Shown here: positions 1 through 8,839 of the stretch, in pieces
How the letters are laid out: each line of letters opens with the position of its first letter
How positions within the stretch are numbered: the first letter of the stretch is position 1
Source: Deltaproteobacteria bacterium
GTDB taxonomy: Bacteria > Desulfobacterota_D > UBA1144 > Nemesobacterales > Nemesobacteraceae
Assembly (NCBI GenBank): GCA_029262295.1
Contig: JAJCZR010000068.1
Coordinates: forward strand, 9,749-73,748
Direction: 5' to 3'
Length of the DNA stretch: 64,000 nucleotides
Notes under the pieces: generated by a model
Told to the model about the DNA's origin: nothing
Database searches by the model: none
The model's input: only the letters and a program-made list of their open reading frames with translations
Translations under genes and position numbers: made by a program

Positions 1-1316
1 CCGCTAGTTTTTGTTTTATAAACCGTAGTTCCCATAAGAGCTTTCCAGAGAACTGAATTCCAGTAGTCAGGTCTTGGATCGAATGTTTCCTCATCAAGAA
101 GCCCGTAATCAAGGCCTACTAATGTTTGTCTTATTACAACTTCATGATCGTAAAGCGCAAGAATTCCCAATTGATCAAGCCACCAGAGCCCGCTTATATA
201 AACATCCGAAACGCCAGGTTCTCCTCCAAACTGAGCATTACCGGTTTCTCCCATCCAGATTGGTTTTTCGGGAGCAAACTTATCACGCCAATTTATTATC
301 TGCTTTGCCCAGTGTGCCACCTCATCAAGATATTCAGGATTTAATAGTCTAGTCGGGTTTGCCCTTCTTGTAGCAATTGGGCCTCTTCTTGACTGCTGTG
401 GATAGTAATGCCATAAAATCTTATCAATATCGTTACCTGAAAGAGTTAGATATTCTTCGGTAAATTTATAAAAAAATGAGAGCGGTTCACCTATCATCGG
501 CCAATATGCACTTCCTTGACCGTTGAAATCTGCTTCAGGATAATATTTATCAACTAATTTTTTTGCCTCTTCACCATCTTCTTTGTACTGAATAGGTTTT
601 ATAAAATTTGAGGGCCCAAAGATATACCAGTAAACATTCAGCTCATTTCCAAGCTCCCATGCACTGATTTTATAGTTTTGTTCTTTGCTGTAACGAAGCA
701 GTTCTTCTGCATTTTCGTTGTTCCAGCTTCCATCATTATTTCTTTCGGAAGGGCCCGAGTTGAGTGTGAAAATCAAATCGAGTTTATTTCTTTCAGCAAA
801 TCTGTTTACTTCATCCCATCTTTTTTTTGTGAGAGTAGATTCATAATTTTTATCCTGGTAGTTTTTTTCAGTCCCAAGATCATAAAATATTTTATCGGAT
901 TCAGAACCGCCTATTCTCAAATAAGCAGGTGCAAGGTTTTTTGTAAGCTGATTAAGTTTAGGATTTTCAAGGTCTATAAGATTGGCATTTCTGGAGCCTG
1001 ATCTCAGTTCCTTTTCATCTGCTTCAGGGTCCCACCACTTTCCCCCAACAATACTTGAAACATCCAATGAAAATGAGAGAAATTTATCTGAAATTTTATT
1101 AACGGGATTTTTAAGGTCTATTTCCAGTTCAACATTATATGGATCTTCTTTTCCACCTTCTAAGGAAATATCTCTTTTTAAATCGGGTTGTGTAAGATTG
1201 GTTTGTCCTTTTATAAATTCGCTGATGCCACCTCTGCTGTTGGGCATTAGTATAAATTTAAATAGAACAGTTAATAAAACTACTGCTAAAAGCAGGATGA
1301 AAAAAAGCTTTTTCAT
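1..1316 (-). CDS. Glycoside hydrolase family 79 (heparanase/beta-glucuronidase-like), signal-anchored; C-terminus runs off the window start
   Basis: Reverse-strand translation from the ATG at 1316-1314 gives MKKLFFILLLAVVLL... It contains IGGSESDKIFY, WELGNELN (acid/base Glu motif of heparanase, WELGNEPN in the human enzyme) and WMGETG...LWWLDQLG...IRQT...DYGLLDEETFDPRPDYW, closely matching the heparanase nucleophile region. It is not in the ORF track because there is no stop inside the window. The plus-strand ORFs 678..1001 and 982..1350 are antisense artefacts. Confidence 0.8.
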   Translation of the reverse strand, partial: MKKLFFILLLAVVLLTVLFKFILMPNSRGGISEFIKGQTNLTQPDLKRDISLEGGKEDPYNVELEIDLKNPVNKISDKFLSFSLDVSSIVGGKWWDPEADEKELRSGSRNANLIDLENPKLNQLTKNLAPAYLRIGGSESDKIFYDLGTEKNYQDKNYESTLTKKRWDEVNRFAERNKLDLIFTLNSGPSERNNDGSWNNENAEELLRYSKEQNYKISAWELGNELNVYWYIFGPSNFIKPIQYKEDGEEAKKLVDKYYPEADFNGQGSAYWPMIGEPLSFFYKFTEEYLTLSGNDIDKILWHYYPQQSRRGPIATRRANPTRLLNPEYLDEVAHWAKQIINWRDKFAPEKPIWMGETGNAQFGGEPGVSDVYISGLWWLDQLGILALYDHEVVIRQTLVGLDYGLLDEETFDPRPDYWNSVLWKALMGTTVYKTKTS

Positions 1317-1327
1317 TAAAACCTATT

Positions 1328-2725
1328 TTATAGAACTGGTGATTTTATGACCATTAATTTTTCGTGAGTCATGTCATGCATAGAGTAAGGGATTCCGCCA
1401 ATTCCAATCCCGGATTCCTTAGCCCCTCTAAATGGCATCCAATCAACCCTAAATGCAGTGTGATCATTAACCATTACAGATGTGGCATTTATTCTTTTCA
1501 CAGTATCGAGGGCATTATCTATATTCTTTGTGAACACAGATGCCTGGAAAGAAAAAGGAAGGCTATTTGCAAGTGCAATTGCCTCATGCCTGTCTTTGTA
1601 GGAATATACTGCAATTACAGGTCCGAAAATTTCTTCTTTAGAAATTTTAGTGTTTTGAGGTGGATCAAGAATGACTGTTGGTTCATAACATGTATTACTT
1701 ATTTTTTTGCCCCCGCAAAGAAGGGTTCCCCCCTTTCTTACAGCTTCTTTTACCCAGTCATGAACTCTGTCATTTTCTTTAGGTGAAATCAACGGACCTA
1801 CTTCTGTATCTTCGTTAAGCGGATCGCCAACTTTAAGATTCGTTGCAAGTTTTTTAAGGCCGTTTGCTACTTTCTTTACTATCGATTTGTGAGCAAACAC
1901 CCTTTGCACTGAAACACAGACCTGTCCTGCATGGTAATAACCACCTTTGGCAAGAAGAGGAAGCATATCATCAATATCTGCATCCGGCTCAACAATCACT
2001 GGCGCGTTTCCACCATGCTCCATAGCGCACCTGGTCCCAGGAGCTATGCTTGATCTTAAGTGCCAGCCAACTCGAGCTGAGCCGATAAAAGTCAGAAAAT
2101 CCACACGTGGATCAGTGACCAACTTCTCAGAAATTTCATTATTTGCAATGATTACCTGGGCCCACTCTTTTGGAAGTCCAGCTTCATACAATGCAATAAG
2201 TAAATTAATGGTGGAAAGCGGCGTTGAGCTTGCCGGTTTAATTATCACAGGGCAGCCTGTGGCAACCGCAGGGATTACCTGATGGATTGCAAGGTTAAAG
2301 GGATGATTAAATGCACATATTGCAGCCACAACTCCGATTGGTTCTCTGAAAGTGAATGCCATTCTGTTTAAAGAAGCTTCATTAATGCCCATAGGTATTT
2401 CAGTGCCTCTCATATTTCCAATTTCTTCTATAGCTACTTTTATTCCATTTATTGCCCTTGTGACTTCAGCTTTGGTATCAATTAAAGGTTTTCCGCCTTC
2501 CATTACAGCGTCTTTTACAATGTCATCATAGTTTTCCTTTATGTATTCTCTGGCTTTTTCCAGTATCTCTATTCTCTTCGGAATCGGGATTCTTTTTGAC
2601 GGGTCGTCTGCAAGAGCCCTTGCTGTTGAAAGTGCTTTCTCAACTTTTTTTGGCCCCATTGTTTTTAGTTTCTTTATAAATTTTTCATCGTAAGCTGTAT
2701 ATACTTCTAAATCATTTGATGCCAT
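1328..2725 (-). CDS. NAD(P)-dependent aldehyde dehydrogenase family protein
   Basis: 465 aa with ALDH-family motifs (FTFREPIGVVAAICAFNHPFNL; MEHGGNAPVIVEPDADID; catalytic Cys context GQVCVSVQRV). Lies 11 nt upstream of the GH79 gene and 14 nt downstream of the TPP enzyme, all on the same strand. Confidence 0.85.
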   Translation of the reverse strand: MASNDLEVYTAYDEKFIKKLKTMGPKKVEKALSTARALADDPSKRIPIPKRIEILEKAREYIKENYDDIVKDAVMEGGKPLIDTKAEVTRAINGIKVAIEEIGNMRGTEIPMGINEASLNRMAFTFREPIGVVAAICAFNHPFNLAIHQVIPAVATGCPVIIKPASSTPLSTINLLIALYEAGLPKEWAQVIIANNEISEKLVTDPRVDFLTFIGSARVGWHLRSSIAPGTRCAMEHGGNAPVIVEPDADIDDMLPLLAKGGYYHAGQVCVSVQRVFAHKSIVKKVANGLKKLATNLKVGDPLNEDTEVGPLISPKENDRVHDWVKEAVRKGGTLLCGGKKISNTCYEPTVILDPPQNTKISKEEIFGPVIAVYSYKDRHEAIALANSLPFSFQASVFTKNIDNALDTVKRINATSVMVNDHTAFRVDWMPFRGAKESGIGIGGIPYSMHDMTHEKLMVIKSPVL

Positions 2726-2739
2726 ATCATAATCTCCTT

Positions 2740-4386
2740 TTATACAACAAGATCACATGTCAGATTTTTAAGTTCTTCTAATAATATTTTTTCATTTTCT
2801 GAATAGTCGACAGGCACTTCTATAAGATGAACGCCCTTGCTGTTGATACACTCATCAAGTTTATCATAAAGCCCTTTGTTGCTTTTAATTCTGTGTCCGT
2901 GTGCACCGTAACTCTCAGCATATTTCACAAAGTCGGGGTTGCCAAAATCAAGACCAAAATAATCAAAACCCTCTCCTCCCTGTTTCCACTTAATCATGCC
3001 ATAAGCATTGTCTCTGAGCACCACAACTACTAGATCAAGACCAAGCCTCACAGCAGTTTCCATTTCCTGTGAGTTCATCATGAACCCTCCATCTCCACAG
3101 ACGGTTAAAACTTTTTTATCTGGCTTCACAATCTTTGCCCCGATTGCCGATGGAAGCCCTGCCCCCATAGTTGCAAGTGCATTATCGAGGATAAGTGTGT
3201 TTGGCATATATGCCTTATAGTTTCTTGCAAACCATATTTTGTAGATGCCGTTGTCTAGAGTAACTATTCCATCATCGGGCATAATTTTTCTGACATCAGC
3301 AACAATTTTTTGAGGAATTATTGGGAATCTTTCATCATCAATGCTTCTGTATATGTTTTCATCCAGACTTTCTTTAATTGTGCCAAAACCTGCAGGACAA
3401 TGTACTTTATCTTCAGTCAGTTCCTTTGTGATCTCTTCAATTGAGTTTGCGATATCGCCTATCACTTCTAATTGTGGAAAATAAACATCATCCACATTAG
3501 CACTAAAATTATTTATATGAATTACTTTCAATCCATTGTTGTGCATAAAAAACGGAGGTTTTTCAATAACATCATGGCCAACATTAATTATCAGATCAGC
3601 CTGTTCTATTGCACAGTGAATATAGTCGTGATCGGATAGAGCTGAAGTGCCAAGAAAATACTGGCTTTTCTCATCAACAACCCCTTTTCCCATTTGTGTA
3701 TTAAAAAAGAATATGCCAATATCATTAACGAATTTTGATAGTGCTTTGGAAGTCCTGTTTCTATTCGCAGCTGCCCCAATTAAAAGAAGAGGTTTTTCAG
3801 CTTCACTAATAAGTCTTACCGCATGCTCAATTGAATCATCATTGGCATGAGGCCTCATTCTGAAAGAAGGTTTGAAATAGTTTTCCTCTGCATCTTCGGT
3901 TGCCACATCTTCCGGGAGTTCGAGATGTACTGCCCCAGGGCGTTCTTCTTCGGCAATTCTCACTGATTCCCTAACAAGGCTCGGGATATTATTCGCGTCT
4001 ACAATTTGTTTTGTAAATTTTGTTAACGGACGCATCATATCCACAATATCAACTATTTGAAAGCGTCCCTGCTTGCTTTGCTTTATTGGTTTTTGCCCTG
4101 TTATCATCATCATAGGCATTGCACCCAGTTGAGCATACGCTGCAGGAGTGACTAAATTTGTAGCTCCGGGGCCAAGTGTGGAAAGGCAGACCCCAACTTT
4201 TCCTGTGAGCCTTCCATAGGTTGCAGCCATGAAACCTGCCCCCTGTTCATGTCGGGTGAGAATTAGTTTTATGCTTGAGTCTTTTAATGAATTGAGAAAA
4301 TCAAGATTCTCCTCTCCGGGGATTCCGAATATATACTCAACCCCCTCATTTTCCAGTGCTTTTACGAAAAGATCGGATGCTTTCAT
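2740..4386 (-). CDS. Thiamine-pyrophosphate-dependent enzyme, acetolactate synthase large subunit-like (IlvB/AlsS/Xsc superfamily)
   Basis: 548 aa. N-terminal TPP pyrimidine-binding region (GIPGEENLDFLNSL), central domain, and C-terminal TPP-binding motif GDGGFMMNSQEMETAVRLGLDLVVVVLRDNAYGMIKW. Confidence 0.8.
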   Translation of the reverse strand: MKASDLFVKALENEGVEYIFGIPGEENLDFLNSLKDSSIKLILTRHEQGAGFMAATYGRLTGKVGVCLSTLGPGATNLVTPAAYAQLGAMPMMMITGQKPIKQSKQGRFQIVDIVDMMRPLTKFTKQIVDANNIPSLVRESVRIAEEERPGAVHLELPEDVATEDAEENYFKPSFRMRPHANDDSIEHAVRLISEAEKPLLLIGAAANRNRTSKALSKFVNDIGIFFFNTQMGKGVVDEKSQYFLGTSALSDHDYIHCAIEQADLIINVGHDVIEKPPFFMHNNGLKVIHINNFSANVDDVYFPQLEVIGDIANSIEEITKELTEDKVHCPAGFGTIKESLDENIYRSIDDERFPIIPQKIVADVRKIMPDDGIVTLDNGIYKIWFARNYKAYMPNTLILDNALATMGAGLPSAIGAKIVKPDKKVLTVCGDGGFMMNSQEMETAVRLGLDLVVVVLRDNAYGMIKWKQGGEGFDYFGLDFGNPDFVKYAESYGAHGHRIKSNKGLYDKLDECINSKGVHLIEVPVDYSENEKILLEELKNLTCDLVV

Positions 4387-4606
4387 GTTTGCTCCTCATT
4401 ATTTAAGCTGTTTTATCATTTTAAACTCTGCTAACTATAAATCCAATTAAATTCCGAGTTTTCTTAAGAATTTACGTTTTGCAATGTAGAATAGTTTTGA
4501 AATCCAAAACTAAATTGAGAAAATTCATTATATTAAACTTACCAAAAACCTGTTTAGAAGTTTTTCCGTATATGTTTTTGATAAGTAAATTTTTGAGGAA
4601 TAAAAA

Positions 4607-5128
4607 ATGAAAAATATAAAACTGACTTTTATAATACTGATTGGGCTATTGCTTGTTTCATTTTTATTAAACTTTGCATTTAATTCTGCCGTGCATTCAA
4701 GTGATAGTAATAGCAAAAAACTTCCTGAAGGAGTTCTGGGGCTTACAACTAAAGAGTGGAAAGAAAAACTTACACCACTTGAATATGAAGTTTTATGGAA
4801 AAAAGGAACTGAAAGCCCTTATTCAGGTGATCTTCTTAAGAACAAGAAAGAAGGTGTTTATATATCAGCAGGTTGTAAACAGCCTGTGTTTAGTTCTGAA
4901 CATAAATTTGATTCTAAAACAGGTTGGCCGAGTTTTTGGAAACCAGTATCTGAAGATGCAATAAAACTTGTTCCCGACTATGCTTTTGGTATAAAGCGCA
5001 TGGAAATAGTTTCAAGTAAATGCGGTGAACATCTTGGACATGTATTTAACGATGGTCCGCCTCCAACCGGCTTAAGATACTGTATAAATTCTGCTGCTTT
5101 GGATTTTGTTGAGGAAGAAAATAAGTAG
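4607..5128 (+). CDS. msrB: Peptide methionine-(R)-S-oxide reductase MsrB with N-terminal signal peptide/anchor
   Basis: 173 aa. SelR/MsrB signature GWPSF ... HLGHVFNDGPPPTGLRYCINSAAL. Hydrophobic N-terminus MKNIKLTFIILIGLLLVSFLL suggests export. Confidence 0.85.
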   Translation: MKNIKLTFIILIGLLLVSFLLNFAFNSAVHSSDSNSKKLPEGVLGLTTKEWKEKLTPLEYEVLWKKGTESPYSGDLLKNKKEGVYISAGCKQPVFSSEHKFDSKTGWPSFWKPVSEDAIKLVPDYAFGIKRMEIVSSKCGEHLGHVFNDGPPPTGLRYCINSAALDFVEEENK

Positions 5129-5136
5129 TATTTGTT

Positions 5137-5262
5137 ATCTAAAATAAACAAAAATCCTTCCCCAGTTTTTGGCATCTTTTTTATATCTATGATATTTCAT
5201 GCGGGTGTCTCTTTGTTCAAGAAACCGCAAAACCTTTTTTTGAGTTGGACTCTTCCTTATTC
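5137..5262. repeat. Degenerate second copy (about 85% identity) of the last ~125 bp of the smr gene (6163-6292), with a frameshift; gene-3'-end remnant
   Basis: Direct comparison: tatctaaaataaacaaaaatccttccccagttttt(g/a)gcatctttttt... is shared by 5137-5262 and 6163-6292. The 6163-6292 copy encodes the Smr C-terminus (...YHRYKKDAKNWGRIFVYFR*). The 5137-5262 copy has a 1-nt deletion and an in-frame stop. Confidence 0.8.
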
Positions 5263-5496
5263 TATTGTAGGTGAAAATTCACAATATTCTGAAACAAGGC
5301 AGTGCTGAATTTATTTCAGCATTTAGTAAATGATTAACCATAATGTTATTCCGTGAAGCTCTTTCTTTGAAGATAAATGTTGAAAAGAAATTTTTCAATA
5401 CAGCCATTATTGATTTAAAGTTGCAATTGATTTATCTTTTCTTTCTATATACTAACAATTAAAAAAAATCATATAATTGTTTTCGGAGATATTTAA

Positions 5497-6111
5497 ATGT
5501 CCAATTTTCCTTCACCTTTTTACAGATGGCGTCCACATCCCTGGCATGGTCTTGATATAGGGCCAGATGCTCCCAGGATTATACATGCTTACATTGAGAT
5601 AACGCCGTTTGACTTTGTTAAGTATGAAGTAGATAAAGTTACCGGTTATCTTCGTGTTGACCGCCCGCAGCGTACATCATCACAACCGCCTACTCTTTAT
5701 GGTTTTATTCCCAGGACTTACTGTGGCAACAATGTTGGAAGCCTTTCACCTAATGCAAATAAGGGTGACAATGATCCGCTTGATATATGCGTTTTTAGTG
5801 AGAGGCCAATTAACCGCTCGGAAGTGATTTTAAATGCTAGAGTTGTTGGCGGACTGCTTGGAGTCGACGGTGGGGATGCAGATGATAAAATCGTTGCAGT
5901 GCTTGAGAATGATAATGTCTGGGGAGATATTAATGATATATCCGAGCTTCCTGAAGTTTTAGTAGAACGTTTAAGACATTATTTTAGTACCTACAAGCTA
6001 GTACCCGGCGAGGAGCCTCGCATGGTTGTAGAAGATTTTTACGGACGTGAACACGCGATGAAAGTTGTAGAGGCTGCAATTAGGGATTACGATGAAGTTT
6101 ATGGAGAGTAA
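5497..6111 (+). CDS. ppa: Inorganic pyrophosphatase (family I) with an internal insertion
   Basis: 204 aa. [39 protein letters not shown] and KIVAV match the soluble PPase active-site region. Confidence 0.8.
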   Translation: MSNFPSPFYRWRPHPWHGLDIGPDAPRIIHAYIEITPFDFVKYEVDKVTGYLRVDRPQRTSSQPPTLYGFIPRTYCGNNVGSLSPNANKGDNDPLDICVFSERPINRSEVILNARVVGGLLGVDGGDADDKIVAVLENDNVWGDINDISELPEVLVERLRHYFSTYKLVPGEEPRMVVEDFYGREHAMKVVEAAIRDYDEVYGE

Positions 6112-6158
6112 TCTCTTTACCTTATATATTTTCTGAAAAGCGAAATATAATTTTTTAA

Positions 6159-6410
6159 TTATCTAAAATAAACAAAAATCCTTCCCCAGTTTTTAGCATC
6201 TTTTTTGTATCTATGATATTTTTTGCGGGTTTCTTTTTGCTCAAGAAATCGTAAAACCCTTTTTTTAAGCTGGCCGCTTCCCTTTCCACATATTATTTCA
6301 AGTTCATCTATTTTATTCTCTGATGCTTCATTTACATAGTTGCTAAGTTCTTTTTCGATAAGATTTCCTTTGTTGTAGATAGGGTGAAGGTCTAGTTTTA
6401 TCTTGCTCAT
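6159..6410 (-). CDS. Smr (small MutS-related) domain protein
   Basis: 83 aa. LDLHPIYN...LEIICGKGSGQLKKRV matches the Smr domain LDLHG...IIHGKG.G.L pattern. Confidence 0.65.
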   Translation of the reverse strand: MSKIKLDLHPIYNKGNLIEKELSNYVNEASENKIDELEIICGKGSGQLKKRVLRFLEQKETRKKYHRYKKDAKNWGRIFVYFR

Positions 6411-6455
6411 TGTTTTTAGATCCTAAAACAAGTTCATAATAACACGGAATCAAAA

Positions 6456-8165
6456 TTACCAGCTTCCACCACCGCCGCCGCCAAAGCCTCCTCCGCTAAA
6501 TCCCCCACCACTAAAACCTCCTGCACTTATTCCCCTGCTGCCTGCTGCATTTTTGGGTGAGGAGTAAAGGCTTTTGTTCATAATACTTATGCTTCTACCT
6601 AAATCATTGATAAAGATATGAGAATTAAAACTGGTCCCATAACTGGAAGAGTAATACCAGTCTGGTGGTTCCAAATAGAGTTCATCAAATGCATTTGCCC
6701 ATTTTTCTTCAAGTCCGAATACAAGTGCATATGGAAGAATTCTATCGAACACTTTGGGATCCTCTTTGGAGAGCCGTTTTATCCTGTCTGTCTCCGCTCT
6801 TTCTATAAACTCTCTGAAACCTCTTAAATGATTGTTAGTAATTGAACCTTTTCTTGTTTTCCTTGGCATATATCTAGAAAATATTATAAAAAGTATTCCA
6901 CATATTGCTCCTACTATTTTGTATTGAAAAAATGGTAAAAACGTTAAGCTTAAAATTAATGCTCCAATTCCAAAAAATTTAAAAACTTTTCTTATGTTTT
7001 CCGGACTTGAAGGAAAATACTTAGCTTCTACTAATTGATCGTAAAGAGATTCCTCTATTCCGGGGAGATGCGTGTAAAAGGTGTTTTTAAGTTTTGAAAC
7101 AAAAGTTTCGTTTTTGTTTCCAGAAAATAAACCATTGAGTATTTTTATCTCATGCCACTTTAGCTCTGAACCATCTCCGTCTTTAATCTTGATTAGTTTA
7201 TAATCTTTATCTGAGAGAAATAGAAACTTTGTTGTAGTAATCTCTTCAATTTTCAAAAATCCTCTTACTGCAAGATCTACAACTGTGGAAGTTATATCTA
7301 TCATATCGGCTCTTTCATCAAAAAGAGTGCCTGCCTCTGCTGGTGTGAGATCTGCAGGTGGCTCATATCTCACGGCCACCGTATCCCCGTGATATGGATC
7401 TTTTCCTTCTTTTTTCCAGAACCCATAGAGAAATGCAAATACAACAAGTGGTATTGAATAGATTGAATTTTGTTTCAGAAATCTAAAGGCTTTTGATATA
7501 AAAGAAGGCTCTTTAATAAATCCTTTTGGAAGGGCAATATCTATAGTGAGCCTAGCTCCCCTCAATAGCCTTTCTTGTGTGATGAAATTTATTATTTCTT
7601 CATCTTTAACTATCTCACAATTTTGATTTTTTGATCCAGTTTCTCCAGTAAAACACTGCGTTTTTGTTTCTTCAGGTACAGCACTATCTAAATAAACTTT
7701 TGCCCTGCTCTTGAGTATTGGAATATTCCACCAATCATTTCCTGTGGCGTTCCAATAAAACTCATCATAATTTTCTAAAAAAAGGATGGCGTTTTCAGCG
7801 CTGTATTCAATAACGTATGTGTTTATCCCCGTAATTGTTTTTTTAGGATCTCCGATCTTTATATGGATTTTGCCATTTTCTCTTTTTACTTTGTATTTGT
7901 AGGAATTCCCATTTTCATCTCTCACATCCAGAATGTTTATTCTTAGATTGTAGTTGTTAATTCCTTTCTTGTATTTATATGGAATTTCCCTGAAGATGCC
8001 GTGACGATATGTGTTTTTAAAATCATATTTAATATCTTCTTCTACCCTTATCCAGCCGGATTTATCAAGAAAAATATCAACATTGAATCTTTTAATTTCA
8101 TCGCTGGCAAAAGCAAAGGAATTTTGTAAGAAAATAAGTAGAAGCAGTAAAAGGAGCTTTTTCAT
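6456..8165 (-). CDS. DUF2207-type membrane protein (signal peptide, large extracytoplasmic domain, TM helices, C-terminal Gly-rich tail)
   Basis: 569 aa. Signal MKKLLLLLLLIFLQNSFAFA, internal hydrophobic helices, C-terminal GGFSGGGFSGGGFGGGGGGSW tail. Immediately downstream of lemA, the classic LemA/DUF2207 pairing. Confidence 0.6.
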   Translation of the reverse strand: MKKLLLLLLLIFLQNSFAFASDEIKRFNVDIFLDKSGWIRVEEDIKYDFKNTYRHGIFREIPYKYKKGINNYNLRINILDVRDENGNSYKYKVKRENGKIHIKIGDPKKTITGINTYVIEYSAENAILFLENYDEFYWNATGNDWWNIPILKSRAKVYLDSAVPEETKTQCFTGETGSKNQNCEIVKDEEIINFITQERLLRGARLTIDIALPKGFIKEPSFISKAFRFLKQNSIYSIPLVVFAFLYGFWKKEGKDPYHGDTVAVRYEPPADLTPAEAGTLFDERADMIDITSTVVDLAVRGFLKIEEITTTKFLFLSDKDYKLIKIKDGDGSELKWHEIKILNGLFSGNKNETFVSKLKNTFYTHLPGIEESLYDQLVEAKYFPSSPENIRKVFKFFGIGALILSLTFLPFFQYKIVGAICGILFIIFSRYMPRKTRKGSITNNHLRGFREFIERAETDRIKRLSKEDPKVFDRILPYALVFGLEEKWANAFDELYLEPPDWYYSSSYGTSFNSHIFINDLGRSISIMNKSLYSSPKNAAGSRGISAGGFSGGGFSGGGFGGGGGGSW

Positions 8166-8180
8166 CTGAGGCTCCTAATT

Positions 8181-8735
8181 CTAATTAAAGCTAACCTGAG
8201 GAGCTGCCGATTCTTCAGGTGAGTCGAGCTCAAAATACTCTTTTTTGGAAAAACCAAACTTATTTGCAACAATATTACTCGGCACAGTTTCTATCTTTGT
8301 ATTGAGGTCTCTCACAACGGCGTTGTAATACCTTCTTGCCATCTGAATTTTATCTTCAATGTCTGAAAGATCATTTTGAAGATCAAGAAAGTTCTGGTTG
8401 GCTTTAAGGTCAGGATAACTTTCAGACAGAGCAAAAAGGCTTTTAAGGGCAGATTGCAAAAAGTTTTCAGTTTGTGCTTGTTCTTCCGGCCCGCTTGCCC
8501 CCATTGCAGAATTTCTTGCCTGTACTACTTTTTCAAAAGTTTCTTTTTCATGAGAGGCATAACCTTTAACGGTTTCCACAAGGTTGGGAATAAGATCGTA
8601 TCTTCTTTTGAGTTGCACATCCACATCCGACCACGCCTGCTCCGATCTATTTCTAAGGCTCACAAGTCCGTTGTAAATCGCAACAAGGAAAAGTGCTATA
8701 GCAACTATTACACCTAAAACAATTAGTGCTGACAT
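8181..8735 (-). CDS. lemA: LemA family protein
   Basis: 184 aa. N-terminal TM followed by YNGLVSLRNRSEQAWSDVDVQLKRRYDLIPNLVETVKGYASHEKETFEKVVQARN, the conserved LemA core. Confidence 0.85.
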   Translation of the reverse strand: MSALIVLGVIVAIALFLVAIYNGLVSLRNRSEQAWSDVDVQLKRRYDLIPNLVETVKGYASHEKETFEKVVQARNSAMGASGPEEQAQTENFLQSALKSLFALSESYPDLKANQNFLDLQNDLSDIEDKIQMARRYYNAVVRDLNTKIETVPSNIVANKFGFSKKEYFELDSPEESAAPQVSFN

Positions 8736-8839
8736 AACTTTAACCCCCTTAATTTGGTTTTAGTATTAAAATAATAATTTAAAACCCTTAATCAAGTCGA
8801 AAGTTAATAGGTCAGTTTAATATCTGATATTTAGAATAA

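Noticed and set aside
678-1350. Plus-strand track ORFs 678..1001 and 982..1350
   Set aside because: They lie antisense to a strongly supported GH79 gene on the minus strand. They have low-complexity composition and no homology signal.
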